A stretch of DNA of 64,000 nt from Candidatus Thermofontivivens primus (GTDB lineage Bacteria > Sysuimicrobiota > Sysuimicrobiia > Sysuimicrobiales > Thermofontiviventaceae): positions 9,530-73,529 of the forward strand of contig JAVKJW010000006.1 in NCBI GenBank assembly GCA_031458695.1. Reading direction: 5' to 3'. This document shows, one piece after another, positions 20,702 to 31,509 of this stretch (the first letter of the stretch is position 1; every line of letters begins with the position of its first letter). The position numbers and the translations under genes are program-made. The notes under the pieces were generated by a model. The model was given only the letters and a program-made list of their open reading frames with translations, searched no databases and was not told where the DNA came from.

Positions 20702-20776
20702 TCCTGCGGATCCCACCGCAAGCACACCGGCGGAATTCCGCACAAAGTCCGAACAATATCTGGACTTTGGTTTGTA

Positions 20777-20805
20777 ATCATACAGGAAATCCCCAAATTT
20801 GTCAA
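20777..20805 (-). promoter_or_regulatory. Sigma70-type promoter of the ilv-leu operon
   Basis: TTGACA-17 bp-TATGAT. Confidence 0.8.
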
Positions 20806-21046
20806 CAAGAATTTCCCCTGGTGTCGTCGGTCTGTGATATTGTCACCCCGTAAGCGGTCTAGCAGTATTGACACGCTTCCAAACAGTTCCTCACAGGTGA
20901 GCCAAAGGGAATACCGCAACCGTGGGAAGAGACAGGTGCCGCCACCTGAAGGGGGCTCTTCACTTCACCATGTGCGCCGGTTTTTCCAAGAAGCAAATGT
21001 CCACTTGAATCGGAGAAAGGACGAGGCGGGAAGGATCTCCCTCTCC

Positions 21047-21265
21047 TCAGCGGAGGAAGGTCAAATAGATTGAGGTCACAGCGAAGAGCGCAGAGAGGAC
21101 CGCAGTGATCCTGGTGAAGAAAGTCTCCCTGGGCTTCGGACCATGAAACAGGCGCGCACTCCCACCAATCGCCCCAAGTCCCTCGCCCTTCGGGCCCTGG
21201 AGAAGGATGATGCCGATAAGCGCTACCGCAAGGAAGAGATGAACCCCCAGAACCACTCCGTACAT
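21047..21265 (-). CDS. secG: Preprotein translocase subunit SecG
   Basis: 72 aa, two TM helices, ILLQGPKGEGLGAIGG, located after tpiA. Confidence 0.9.
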   Translation of the reverse strand: MYGVVLGVHLFLAVALIGIILLQGPKGEGLGAIGGSARLFHGPKPRETFFTRITAVLSALFAVTSIYLTFLR

Positions 21266-21405
21266 CCAAGACCTCCCTAGACAACTCCTTCAACGAGCCT
21301 TCTCCATCCTACCATATCTTCCCAAAAGAAGACAAGTTCCTCCCCCTCCATTCGCCAACGGTGGGGGTCTTCGAAGAGTGAACCCATGGGGTCCCCATCG
21401 TGAGA

Positions 21406-22182
21406 TCAAGAAGACGAGGAGGCCTTCCTACATGCCGCCCGGACAATGGTGGAAAAGCTCTCCAAGTGGAGGCTCGCTCCACCGACCAATGCCCCGTCGA
21501 TTTCCTGCTGGGCGAGGAACTCAGAGATGTTCTGGGGGCTGACGCTCCCCCCATACTGGATGCGCACCTGCTGAGCCGTTCCTTCCCCGAACCACTCCGC
21601 CAGCGTCCTACGGATGAGCCCACTGACGCGATTCGCTTCCTCCCCTGTCGCAGGCAGGCCAGTCCCAATCGCCCAGACAGGTTCATAGGCAATCACCACC
21701 CTCGCCATCTCCTGGCTGTCCAGCCCGGCGAGACTCTCCTTCAGCTGTGTCTGAATGACCGCATCGGTGCGACCGGCCTGGCGCTCCTCCAGCCGTTCCC
21801 CCACACAGACAATCGGAATGAGCCCCCAGCGGAGGGCGGCGTGAACCTTCTTGTTTACCGCCGCGTCGCTCTCTCCGAAGTGTTGCCTGCGCTCGGAGTG
21901 GCCGAGGATCACGTACCGGCATCCTACGTCCACGAGCATCTTCGGGCTGATTTCCCCCGTGAAAGGCCCCTGTTCCTCCCAATGCATGTTCTGAGCCCCT
22001 AACCCAATCGCCGAACCCTTCAGGAGGTCTCCCACGCTCTTCAACGCAACCGCAGGGGGGCAAACAACTACCTCTACTCCTTCCACATCCCGGAGGGCAG
22101 TGAGGAGGGATCGGACGAACTCCACCGCTTCCCCCACAGTCTTGTGCATCTTCCAGTTCCCCGCAATGATGGGCCTGCGCAT
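21406..22182 (-). CDS. tpiA: Triosephosphate isomerase
   Basis: IAGNWKM, ILGHSERR, AYEPVWAIGTG, YGGSV, LVGGASL. Confidence 0.98.
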   Translation of the reverse strand: MRRPIIAGNWKMHKTVGEAVEFVRSLLTALRDVEGVEVVVCPPAVALKSVGDLLKGSAIGLGAQNMHWEEQGPFTGEISPKMLVDVGCRYVILGHSERRQHFGESDAAVNKKVHAALRWGLIPIVCVGERLEERQAGRTDAVIQTQLKESLAGLDSQEMARVVIAYEPVWAIGTGLPATGEEANRVSGLIRRTLAEWFGEGTAQQVRIQYGGSVSPQNISEFLAQQEIDGALVGGASLHLESFSTIVRAACRKASSSS

Positions 22183-22191
22183 GGGTATGAT

Positions 22192-23379
22192 TTACGAAGA
22201 CACGTCCTGAAGGGCTACGATACCTGGAAGTTCTCTCCCCTCCATGAACTCCAGGGAAGCCCCGCCCCCGGTAGAGATGTGGCTCATGCGATCGCTCAGC
22301 CCAAAGCGCTCCACCGCTGCCGCTGTGTCTCCGCCCCCTACAATGGTAATCCCCCTTGATTCGGCCATGGCCTGGGCGATCCTCCTCGTTCCCTCCGCAA
22401 AGGGTTCAATCTCAAACACGCCCATCGGACCATTCCAGAAAACGAGCCCGGCGGTCCGGATTTCCTTGGAGAACTGTTCCACAGTCTGGGGACCGATATC
22501 CAACCCCATCCAGTCAGGGGGGATTGCGTCAGCCGGGACGACGCGACACGTGGCCTCCGGAGAGGCTTCAGGAGCTACCACTACGTCTACGGGGACCAGG
22601 AAGGAAACCCCACGGGCCTCCGCGTCTTCCATGAACTGGCGTGCCAGATCCACTTTGTCTTCCTCGCACAAGGATCTCCCTACTTCCAGACCCTTTGCCC
22701 TTAGGAAGGTATAGGCCATCCCTCCTCCAACGAGCAGGGCATCGCACCGCCCGAGGAGGTTGCGGATCACTCCAATCTTGTCAGAAACCTTTGCGCCCCC
22801 GAGGACGGCTACGAACGGACGGGGTGGGTCTTGCAGCGCCCTACTCAGGTAGTCCATCTCCTTCTCCATGAGGAACCCTGCGACAGCAGGGATGTAACGG
22901 GCCACTCCGGCAGTGGAAGCATGCGCCCGGTGCGCTGCGGCAAAGGCATCGTTCACATAGACCTCCGCTAGCCCTGCCAGCATCTTTGCGAACTCCTCGT
23001 CATTGGCTTCTTCGCCCGGATGGAAGCGAAGGTTCTCCAGCAGGACCACCTCCCCTGGGCGCATGGCATGCACCACCGCCTCCACCTGTGGGCCAACAAC
23101 TTCGTCGAGTTTGTGGACCGGTCTCCCCAGCAACTCCTGGAGCCGTCGGGCCACAGGGTCCAGGCGGAAGCGGGCCTCTATCCCTTTCGGGCGTCCGAGG
23201 TGGGAGCACAGGATCACCTTCGCCTCATGCGCAAGGAGGTACTGGATCGTGGGGAGAGCCTCACGGATGCGCCGGTCGTCCGCGACCTCGCCGGAAGGGG
23301 TGAGGGGAACATTGAAATCCACGCGTACGAGCACGCGCTTCCCTCTCACCTCGATATCTCGGACCGTTTTCTTCCGCAT
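22192..23379 (-). CDS. pgk: Phosphoglycerate kinase
   Basis: [48 protein letters not shown]. Confidence 0.98.
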   Translation of the reverse strand: MRKKTVRDIEVRGKRVLVRVDFNVPLTPSGEVADDRRIREALPTIQYLLAHEAKVILCSHLGRPKGIEARFRLDPVARRLQELLGRPVHKLDEVVGPQVEAVVHAMRPGEVVLLENLRFHPGEEANDEEFAKMLAGLAEVYVNDAFAAAHRAHASTAGVARYIPAVAGFLMEKEMDYLSRALQDPPRPFVAVLGGAKVSDKIGVIRNLLGRCDALLVGGGMAYTFLRAKGLEVGRSLCEEDKVDLARQFMEDAEARGVSFLVPVDVVVAPEASPEATCRVVPADAIPPDWMGLDIGPQTVEQFSKEIRTAGLVFWNGPMGVFEIEPFAEGTRRIAQAMAESRGITIVGGGDTAAAVERFGLSDRMSHISTGGGASLEFMEGRELPGIVALQDVSS

Positions 23380-23397
23380 GGCTATTCCGTGATCAGC

Positions 23398-24874
<1,477 letters not shown>

Positions 24875-24929
24875 ACATTCCCCTCCTCTACGCACCCGTC
24901 AAAGGGGAGGACGATAGCGAGATGGTGAA

Positions 24930-24997
24930 TACCCCGCAAAACCTCTTTCTGACCATCACCGGGGTACTCGCAAAAATCTGTCAAAAGATTTCACTGG
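24930..24997. repeat. Degenerate palindromic repeat copies at the atpD-sbp junction
   Basis: TACCCCGCAAAA...CCGGGGTAC followed by TCGCAAAAATC...GATTTCACTGG, which overlaps the atpD stop. Confidence 0.45.
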
Positions 24998-25637
24998 AGC
25001 TCCTTTGGCCTTTCTCCTTAGCTTCCAGCTTCTTCTTGATCCGTTTGAGCCTGTAGATGTCCTCCCGCTCGCGCTGCTCCAGGACTGCCCGGATGTATCG
25101 AATCTCACTGCGAATCCGGGGGATGACAATCTGTTCAAGGGCATTGACCCTTCGGGTGGTCTTCTTGATCTCCTCACCAATCTTCTTGAGCTTTACCTCC
25201 GTGGAGGCAACCTCAAGTAAGGCAGCTAACACCTCTTCGAAATTGCTCCTGGTCTCCAAGGTGCCCGCGCTGACATCCACCGGGTTGTACCTATCGCTCG
25301 GAGTAGCGCGCCCGTTTACCGGGGAGACCTCTGGGATCTTTGTCCCCCACACATTCCGGATGTCGATGTCCACGAACAGTTCCTGCTTGCGAGCTAGGGC
25401 TGCCGATTCCAGAGCCTCCCGCCCTTCCCACGCTTTGGTCAAGCTTAACAATACGTACGCCTCCTCACACTTCCGGTTTAACCGCTCCCGCGCCTCTAAA
25501 GCACGTCGCACAACGTTGAAGAAGTCCTGGACGAGGGCATCCCGCTTCTTCTTCAGAAGATCCACGCCCTGCTCCGCCAGGCGCAGCTGGTTGCGCCGCT
25601 GGAGGAGGTTCATGCGCGTTGGGCTGATGGTCTGCAA
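24981..25637 (-). CDS. atpD: V/A-type ATP synthase subunit D
   Basis: PTRMNLL, LLKKKRDAL, EIKKTTRRVNALE. TTG start. Confidence 0.96.
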   Translation of the reverse strand: MQTISPTRMNLLQRRNQLRLAEQGVDLLKKKRDALVQDFFNVVRRALEARERLNRKCEEAYVLLSLTKAWEGREALESAALARKQELFVDIDIRNVWGTKIPEVSPVNGRATPSDRYNPVDVSAGTLETRSNFEEVLAALLEVASTEVKLKKIGEEIKKTTRRVNALEQIVIPRIRSEIRYIRAVLEQREREDIYRLKRIKKKLEAKEKGQRSSSEIF

Positions 25638-25666
25638 AGGCGCTCACCCCCTTTTGCTGGGGCTGC

Positions 25667-27085
25667 TTAGACTCGGATCTCCCCGGTCCTCCACATCTTT
25701 TCGACCTCTTCCCCGAAGTAATACTTCTCCACGTGGTCGCGGCTAATCCGTTTCAGCTCTCGCTTGGGGAACATGCTCAGGAGCTTCCACCCGAGCGTAA
25801 GAGTTTCCTCAATGGACCTCTCTGTCTGACCCTGATGGATGAACTGACGCTCGAACTCGTCGGCGAACCTGAGATAGAGCCGGTCTAGATCGGTGAGGGC
25901 CTCCTCGCCGATGATAGCCACAAGACGGCGCAGGTCGCGCCCCTGCGCATAAGCGGAGTAGAGCTGGTCGGCCACTTGCCGATGGTCTTCGCGCGTGCGG
26001 CCCGGTCCGATCCCGTTGTTCATCAGCCGCGAGAGGCTTGGGAGCGGGTCGATAGGAGGATAGATCCCCAAGCGGTGGAGCTGCCGGTTCAGCACGAGCT
26101 GTCCCTCAGTGATGTACCCAGTGAGGTCGGCAATGGGGTGGGTGATATCGTCATCGGGCATGGTCAGGATAGGGATCTGGGTAATGGAGCCCTTCTTCCC
26201 CTTGATCCGCCCGGCGCGCTCATAGATCGTGGCCAGGTCGGTGTACATGTACCCGGGATACCCACGCCGACCTGGGATCTCCTCCCTGGCCGCGCCGATG
26301 GAACGGAGCGCCTCGCAGTAATTGGTCATATCGGTGAGGATGACCAGGACCTGCATATCTAGGTCGAAGGCGAGGTACTCCGCCACGGTCAGAGCGACGC
26401 GCGGGGTCATCAGCCGCTCAATGGCCGGGTCGTCAGCGAGGTTCAAGAAGAGAACGCTTCGGGTCAGCGCGCCAGTGGATTCAAACTGTTCGATGAAGAA
26501 CGCTGCCTCTCGCTGGGTGATTCCCATGGCGGCGAAGACCACGGCGAATTGCTCCGCTTCCCCGAGCACTTTTGCCTGCCGGGCGATTTGGGCAGCAATC
26601 TCATTCGCAGGAAGCCCGGCGCCAGAGAATATGGGCAGCTTCTGCCCACGCACGAGGGTGTTCATCCCATCGATGGTGGAGATGCCCGTCTGGATGAATT
26701 CGGAAGGCTTCTCCCGCGCTGCCGGGTTGATGGGTGACCCGATCACTGGGAGGCGCTTCTCCGGAATGATCGGTGGGAGCCCATCGATGGGCTCCCCGAT
26801 CCCATTGAACCGACGGCCGATCATCTCACGGCTCACGCCAATGCGGGCAACGTCCTCTCGCAGGCTTACCGAGGTCCTGGCCAGATCGAGCCCGCGCGTC
26901 TCTTCGAAGACCTGGATGACGGCGTACTGCTCGGAGACCTCGATCACCTGCCCCCCACGGATTTCCCCGTCGGGTGTGTGGATGTTCACGATGGCCCCAT
27001 AGGAGAGATCCCTTGCTCCTTCCACGAAGAGCAGGGGGCCCGAGATGTAGGTAATGCTCTGGTATCGCTTTGTCGCCAGCTCCAT
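25667..27085 (-). CDS. atpB: V/A-type ATP synthase subunit B
   Basis: [42 protein letters not shown]. Confidence 0.97.
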   Translation of the reverse strand: MELATKRYQSITYISGPLLFVEGARDLSYGAIVNIHTPDGEIRGGQVIEVSEQYAVIQVFEETRGLDLARTSVSLREDVARIGVSREMIGRRFNGIGEPIDGLPPIIPEKRLPVIGSPINPAAREKPSEFIQTGISTIDGMNTLVRGQKLPIFSGAGLPANEIAAQIARQAKVLGEAEQFAVVFAAMGITQREAAFFIEQFESTGALTRSVLFLNLADDPAIERLMTPRVALTVAEYLAFDLDMQVLVILTDMTNYCEALRSIGAAREEIPGRRGYPGYMYTDLATIYERAGRIKGKKGSITQIPILTMPDDDITHPIADLTGYITEGQLVLNRQLHRLGIYPPIDPLPSLSRLMNNGIGPGRTREDHRQVADQLYSAYAQGRDLRRLVAIIGEEALTDLDRLYLRFADEFERQFIHQGQTERSIEETLTLGWKLLSMFPKRELKRISRDHVEKYYFGEEVEKMWRTGEIRV

Positions 27086-27184
27086 GATTCTCAGCCTCCA
27101 CTCCTTCGAAGGGGACCGGGAACGCCAAAAGAAAGACGAGTGCCACGTCCCCCTGGAAATGCGGATCTTCGCAGCTCCAGATGT

Positions 27185-28936
27185 TTATGCCACAGGTTTA
27201 GCCCCGAACGCTTCGGGCAGCTTTTTCAGGAAACCTTCAAGCCACTTCGTAAACTCCTCGGCAGGGAGCTCCTTCATCCTGGCGATTTCTTCAATCTGTG
27301 GAAGGTTGAGGATCTCGTCAATGAGCATGCCACGTTTGAGCGCCTCCATGGCGTGCGTGTGGAATGCCTGGATCGCCTTGAGCATCCCGTACGCCTTGCT
27401 CAACGTGCAGTAGCTGTCCACAGGGTGGAAGGCACTCTGCTGGAGGAAGTCCTCACGGATCATCTTCCCAGCTTCAATGATCATCCGCTCCTCATCCTGG
27501 AGGGCATCAGGCCCTACGAGCTGGACGATCTCCTGGAGCTCTGCCTCTTTTTGTAGGATCCCCTGCGCCCAGTTGCGCAGGGCAGGGAAATCCTCGCTGA
27601 CGTTCTTGCGGAACCACTCCTCCAGCCCCTCCTGGTAGAGGCTATAGCTCCGGTGCCAGTTGATGGCCGGGAAATGCCGACGGTACGCCAGGTTGGCGTC
27701 CAGGGCCCAAAATGTGCCCACGATGCGCAGGGTCGCCTGGGTTACAGGCTCAGAGAGGTCGCCGCCTGGCGGGGAGACAGCGCCGACGATGGTCACAGCG
27801 CCCACCCGTTCATCTCGGCCAAGGCAGACCGCCCGACCGGCACGCTCGTAAAACGCTGCTAGCCGAGCAGAGAGGTAAGGTGGATACCCTTCCTCGGCGG
27901 GCATCTCCTCAAGCCGGGAGCTGATCTCCCGCAAGGCCTCCGCCCACCTGCTTGTGGAGTCCGCCATCAAGGCAACTCTGTACCCCTGGTCCCGCCAATA
28001 CTCCGCCATGGTCACGCCCGTGTAGATGCTTGCCTCCCTGGCGGCCACGGGCATGTTCGAGGTATTGGCCACGAGAATGGTCCGTTCCATGAGAGGCCTG
28101 CCTGTACGCGGGTCCTCCAGTTCGGGGAACTCGGTGAGGACGTCGGTCATCTCGTTGCCACGCTCTCCACAGCCCACATAGACGATGATGTCGGCATTGC
28201 TCCACTTCGAGAGCGTTTGCTGGACGACGGTCTTCCCGCTGCCGAAGGGCCCCGGGATCGCCGCGGTCCCTCCCATGGCCACAGGGAAGAGGACGTCCAA
28301 GATGCGCTGCCCGGTGATGAAAGGCTCCCTGGGCTCGAGCTTTCGCTTCACCGGCCGTGGAACGCGCACAGGCCAGCGGGAAAGCATGGTAAGCTCTGTG
28401 CCATCCTTGAGACGGCAGATCACGTCTACGACGGTGAATTCCCCTTCCCGGATCTCCGCGACCTCCCCGCCTCGCACGTTTGGAGGAACCATGATGCGAT
28501 GTGTGAAGTGATACTCCTGGACTTCCCCGAGGATGTCCCCAGGACCCACGAAATCCCCAGGTTTCACCTTGGGAGTGAAGTACCACGTGCGCTCCCGGTC
28601 AAGGGGTTCCACCACAACTCCTCGGGCAACGAAGTCGCCTTTCAAGGACCGGATCTTCTCTAGCGGCCTCTGGATGCCATCATAGATGGTGGAAAGCATC
28701 CCGGGGCCCAGCTCCACGGTGAGCGGTTCACCTGTGGATACAACAGGCTCCCCCACGAAGAGCCCAGAGGTGTCCTCGTATACCTGGATGAACGCAGTAT
28801 CGCCCTCAAGGCGGATAATCTCCCCAATGAGTCCCTCGTGTCCCACCCGGACGATATCGTACATCTTCGCCCCAGCCAGACCCTTGGCGATCACCGCAGG
28901 TCCGCTGATCTTGAAAATCTTCCCCTCTCCTGCCAT
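27185..28936 (-). CDS. atpA: V/A-type ATP synthase catalytic subunit A
   Basis: P-loop [36 protein letters not shown]. No intein. Confidence 0.98.
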   Translation of the reverse strand: MAGEGKIFKISGPAVIAKGLAGAKMYDIVRVGHEGLIGEIIRLEGDTAFIQVYEDTSGLFVGEPVVSTGEPLTVELGPGMLSTIYDGIQRPLEKIRSLKGDFVARGVVVEPLDRERTWYFTPKVKPGDFVGPGDILGEVQEYHFTHRIMVPPNVRGGEVAEIREGEFTVVDVICRLKDGTELTMLSRWPVRVPRPVKRKLEPREPFITGQRILDVLFPVAMGGTAAIPGPFGSGKTVVQQTLSKWSNADIIVYVGCGERGNEMTDVLTEFPELEDPRTGRPLMERTILVANTSNMPVAAREASIYTGVTMAEYWRDQGYRVALMADSTSRWAEALREISSRLEEMPAEEGYPPYLSARLAAFYERAGRAVCLGRDERVGAVTIVGAVSPPGGDLSEPVTQATLRIVGTFWALDANLAYRRHFPAINWHRSYSLYQEGLEEWFRKNVSEDFPALRNWAQGILQKEAELQEIVQLVGPDALQDEERMIIEAGKMIREDFLQQSAFHPVDSYCTLSKAYGMLKAIQAFHTHAMEALKRGMLIDEILNLPQIEEIARMKELPAEEFTKWLEGFLKKLPEAFGAKPVA

Positions 28937-28973
28937 CCTCCTGCTCCCTCCTCCATCTCAGCCGGCAAGCATC

Positions 28974-29012
28974 TCAACGTAGCTTAACGTAGCTTAACGT
29001 AGCTTCACGTAG
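28974..29012. repeat. 10-bp tandem repeat (AACGTAGCTT, about 3.5 units) at the 3' end of subunit F
   Basis: tcaacgtagc ttaacgtagc ttaacgtagc ttcacgtag read directly from the sequence. Confidence 0.9.
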
Positions 29013-29311
29013 TACCCTATATGCTCCTTCACGAGGCGGGCGATGTAATCTTCTCCACTCTCCACCTTTGCCTGGGGTGCCGGAATCTGGATGATGATGG
29101 GAAGGTCCCTCTCGCGCATCTCCCGCCGCAGATCCTCCTCAATGGAATCGAGGAGGGCCTCGTTAATGGCGATGACCCCGTAATCCAATGAGATCAACAG
29201 CCTGAGAGCCTCCAGAGCGGCTTGGGGAGAGGTTGCCTCCCGCACCTCCACCCCTGCCAGGCGGAAACCCGTGGCTGTCTCGGGATCTGTCACGATCGCA
29301 ACCCGGTACAA
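28994..29311 (-). CDS. atpF: V/A-type ATP synthase subunit F
   Basis: IVTDPETATGFRLAGV, LPIIIQIP, and operon position. Confidence 0.93.
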   Translation of the reverse strand: MYRVAIVTDPETATGFRLAGVEVREATSPQAALEALRLLISLDYGVIAINEALLDSIEEDLRREMRERDLPIIIQIPAPQAKVESGEDYIARLVKEHIGYYVKLR

Positions 29312-29326
29312 AGGCCCTCCCCTTCC

Positions 29327-30358
29327 CTATACCAGAACCATCTCGCGCCTCACACGTTCCCGCGAGAGGCCCAGGAGCTTACTTCTTGCAATGAGTCGGA
29401 GGTTGACAATTTCATTATACTTCATGGCCAGATACCCGATCACGACATCGATCCCCAATGGGTCCCCAAGGTAAAGCGAGGAGATCTCCCGAGAAAAGAA
29501 GCGGTCCAGCGCCTTCTCTACCTCCAGGAGGTCGCTTGAAGGGGGGAACTCGGGAAACCCCCGGAGACGCAGCGCACGTCTTCCCTGTGCCTCCCTATGC
29601 GGATCAGCGAGGTCGAGGAAGAGGTCCTCGGTCACGACCTGCCCGCCAGGGATGAAGTAGCGCCGCTTCTCCTCCGGTGGCTCGTTCACTCGCTGTGCCT
29701 TGAGCGCCGTCTTCACGTTCGTGAGATCGATCTCCAGCTGCAGGACCATACGCAGGACCTGTTCGTTGTGACCCTTGCCTGAAGCAACCCGCAGGACATG
29801 GGCAGCATAGGCCCTGTCCAGGCGGAGCTCCAGGGAGAGGAGATCCCCCGTCCTGGCGTATTCCTCTGCCCCCTCTAGCAAGGGGGCTGCCAGGGGATGC
29901 TCCCAGAGCCCGAGGACGCCTGCCATGGCCCGGACGTCTGGCTGTTCTGCGAGGTCCTTGAGTGTCACCTCGCTCAGCTCCCCTGCGGGGAGGAGGGTTC
30001 CCAGGATCTCCTCAGGAGGCCGCCCACTATGCTTTCCGCGAAGGATTGACCGAATGTTCGCTAAGTCCCACCTAAGGAGGATGGTCTGGATCCACCTCTT
30101 CGGTCGGCCGTCGGCGAATCCCAGGATGGTCCGTGTGGTCTGGAAGAAGTTCCGAGAGAGCGCCTCATCGATGGCCCGGATCCCTGTGTATCGCGAAAGT
30201 GCCTCTTCCAGGTCGCGGGCATAAGGCGTGTTCATCAGGACCTGCATCATCCCCTCGATGTCAGGGACGTTCAGCATCTCCTCGAGCTGGCCCGGGCTCA
30301 GCAGACGGCTCCGCATCCCCTTGACCCTGGCATTGATGTAGCCGAGATCTGCGGGCAT
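29327..30358 (-). CDS. atpC: V/A-type ATP synthase subunit C (d)
   Basis: GYINARVKGMRSRLL, RWDLANIRSILRG, KYNEIVNLRLI. Confidence 0.92.
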   Translation of the reverse strand: MPADLGYINARVKGMRSRLLSPGQLEEMLNVPDIEGMMQVLMNTPYARDLEEALSRYTGIRAIDEALSRNFFQTTRTILGFADGRPKRWIQTILLRWDLANIRSILRGKHSGRPPEEILGTLLPAGELSEVTLKDLAEQPDVRAMAGVLGLWEHPLAAPLLEGAEEYARTGDLLSLELRLDRAYAAHVLRVASGKGHNEQVLRMVLQLEIDLTNVKTALKAQRVNEPPEEKRRYFIPGGQVVTEDLFLDLADPHREAQGRRALRLRGFPEFPPSSDLLEVEKALDRFFSREISSLYLGDPLGIDVVIGYLAMKYNEIVNLRLIARSKLLGLSRERVRREMVLV

Positions 30359-30443
30359 CGACTCACCACCTGAGGGCATTATGCCGCGCCGCCACCATCA
30401 TCTCTGCGGCGGAAGCAGGGGGAGGAACTCTGTTGGTCACGTA

Positions 30444-31028
30444 TCAACCCCAGAGAATCCGAGCGATCTCTGCAGTCAGCAACGGCTTGGCCCTCTCCAA
30501 CCGAGACCCCAGGGTGTTCTCCACAACAAAACGGCCTCCTCCAGAGAGCACCCGCACACCGTGGCGCACTTGCTCGTTCGTGCGGATCTCCGCATCGAGA
30601 GCCAGCTCAGCAGCGATCTCCCTGGCCAGGGCCTCATCCTGCTCCGCCACTTCGACAATCAGGTGACCAGAGGAACCCCCAATGGCCTCCTGGAGGAGGG
30701 AACGGAGCATGCCCCGGTACGCCTCCCTATCCCGGAGGAGGCTTTGGAGCTCCTCCTCCGCGGTGCGGAAGACCTCCTCGATGGCACGGTCCTTCGCCTG
30801 GAGGATCAGAGAGGAGGCCTGAAGTGTAGCCGTACTCCTTGCCCTCACCCGCGCAAGGGAGAGCTCCTCTTCGAGGCGCTTCTGGTGCTCAGCCCGGAGG
30901 CGTGCTGCTTCCTCTCGTGCTCTGGAGAGGATCTCCTCGGCCTGCTGCCTGGCCTCGCCAAGGATCCGCTCCCGCTCAGCTTGCGCTTCGACCTCCAGTA
31001 GGCGAATCAACTCTGAATCCATACCCAT
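30444..31028 (-). CDS. atpE: V/A-type ATP synthase subunit E
   Basis: N-terminal coiled coil and C-terminal GVRVLS...VENTLGSRLE...EIARILW. Start trimmed to the ATG behind GAGGTG. Confidence 0.9.
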   Translation of the reverse strand: MGMDSELIRLLEVEAQAERERILGEARQQAEEILSRAREEAARLRAEHQKRLEEELSLARVRARSTATLQASSLILQAKDRAIEEVFRTAEEELQSLLRDREAYRGMLRSLLQEAIGGSSGHLIVEVAEQDEALAREIAAELALDAEIRTNEQVRHGVRVLSGGGRFVVENTLGSRLERAKPLLTAEIARILWG

Positions 31029-31179
31029 CGCAATAGCCCTCACCTCGGAGGAGACGACCCGCTGCTCTGGAAAGGCTGAAGTACCCATCTTCATTGGAGA
31101 TCCCGACGGTCCCAAGAGAACTCCTCCCAGAGTCCCAGGGGATATCCGGGTCCTCGGCCCCCCTGGATCCCCGGTGAAC

Positions 31180-31509
31180 CTAGATCTTACCCAGGATGAA
31201 GAACGCGACCAAGAAGCCGAGGATGATCATTGTCTCCGGAAGGGCGAGGAAAACTAGCATCAGACCCCCAATCTCCGGACGCTCTGCCATAGCTCCTGCA
31301 GCAGCCGAACCGATCCGGGACTGGGCCCAGGCGGTCCCCAGGGCACCAAAGGCCAGTGCAAGGGCGGCGGCAAGCCCAAGCAAACCTACTGTGGCTCCGC
31401 TCACTCGGGGGGCAGGCGCCTCCTCCTGGGCAAATGCCAAGGGAACCATTACAAGCATCACGACCCCGACGATCCAGAGGACGGTCAGGATTCTCCTCAC
31501 TTCACTCAC
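31180..31509 (-). CDS. atpK: V/A-type ATP synthase proteolipid subunit K/c with N-terminal signal-like extension
   Basis: GTAWAQSRIG, ALPETMII with the essential Glu. Leader ending in AFA-QEE resembles the Thermus c subunit. Confidence 0.93.
   Translation of the reverse strand: MSEVRRILTVLWIVGVVMLVMVPLAFAQEEAPAPRVSGATVGLLGLAAALALAFGALGTAWAQSRIGSAAAGAMAERPEIGGLMLVFLALPETMIILGFLVAFFILGKI

Noticed and set aside
9738..20919. Similar peptides in ORFs 9738-10010 and 20608-20919 (LGFR...GLDQA.QAGS)
   Set aside because: The similarity comes from two copies of a structured riboswitch RNA, not from a protein family.
20810..21046. tRNA gene downstream of secG
   Set aside because: No cloverleaf or T-arm GTTCRA motif was found by eye.
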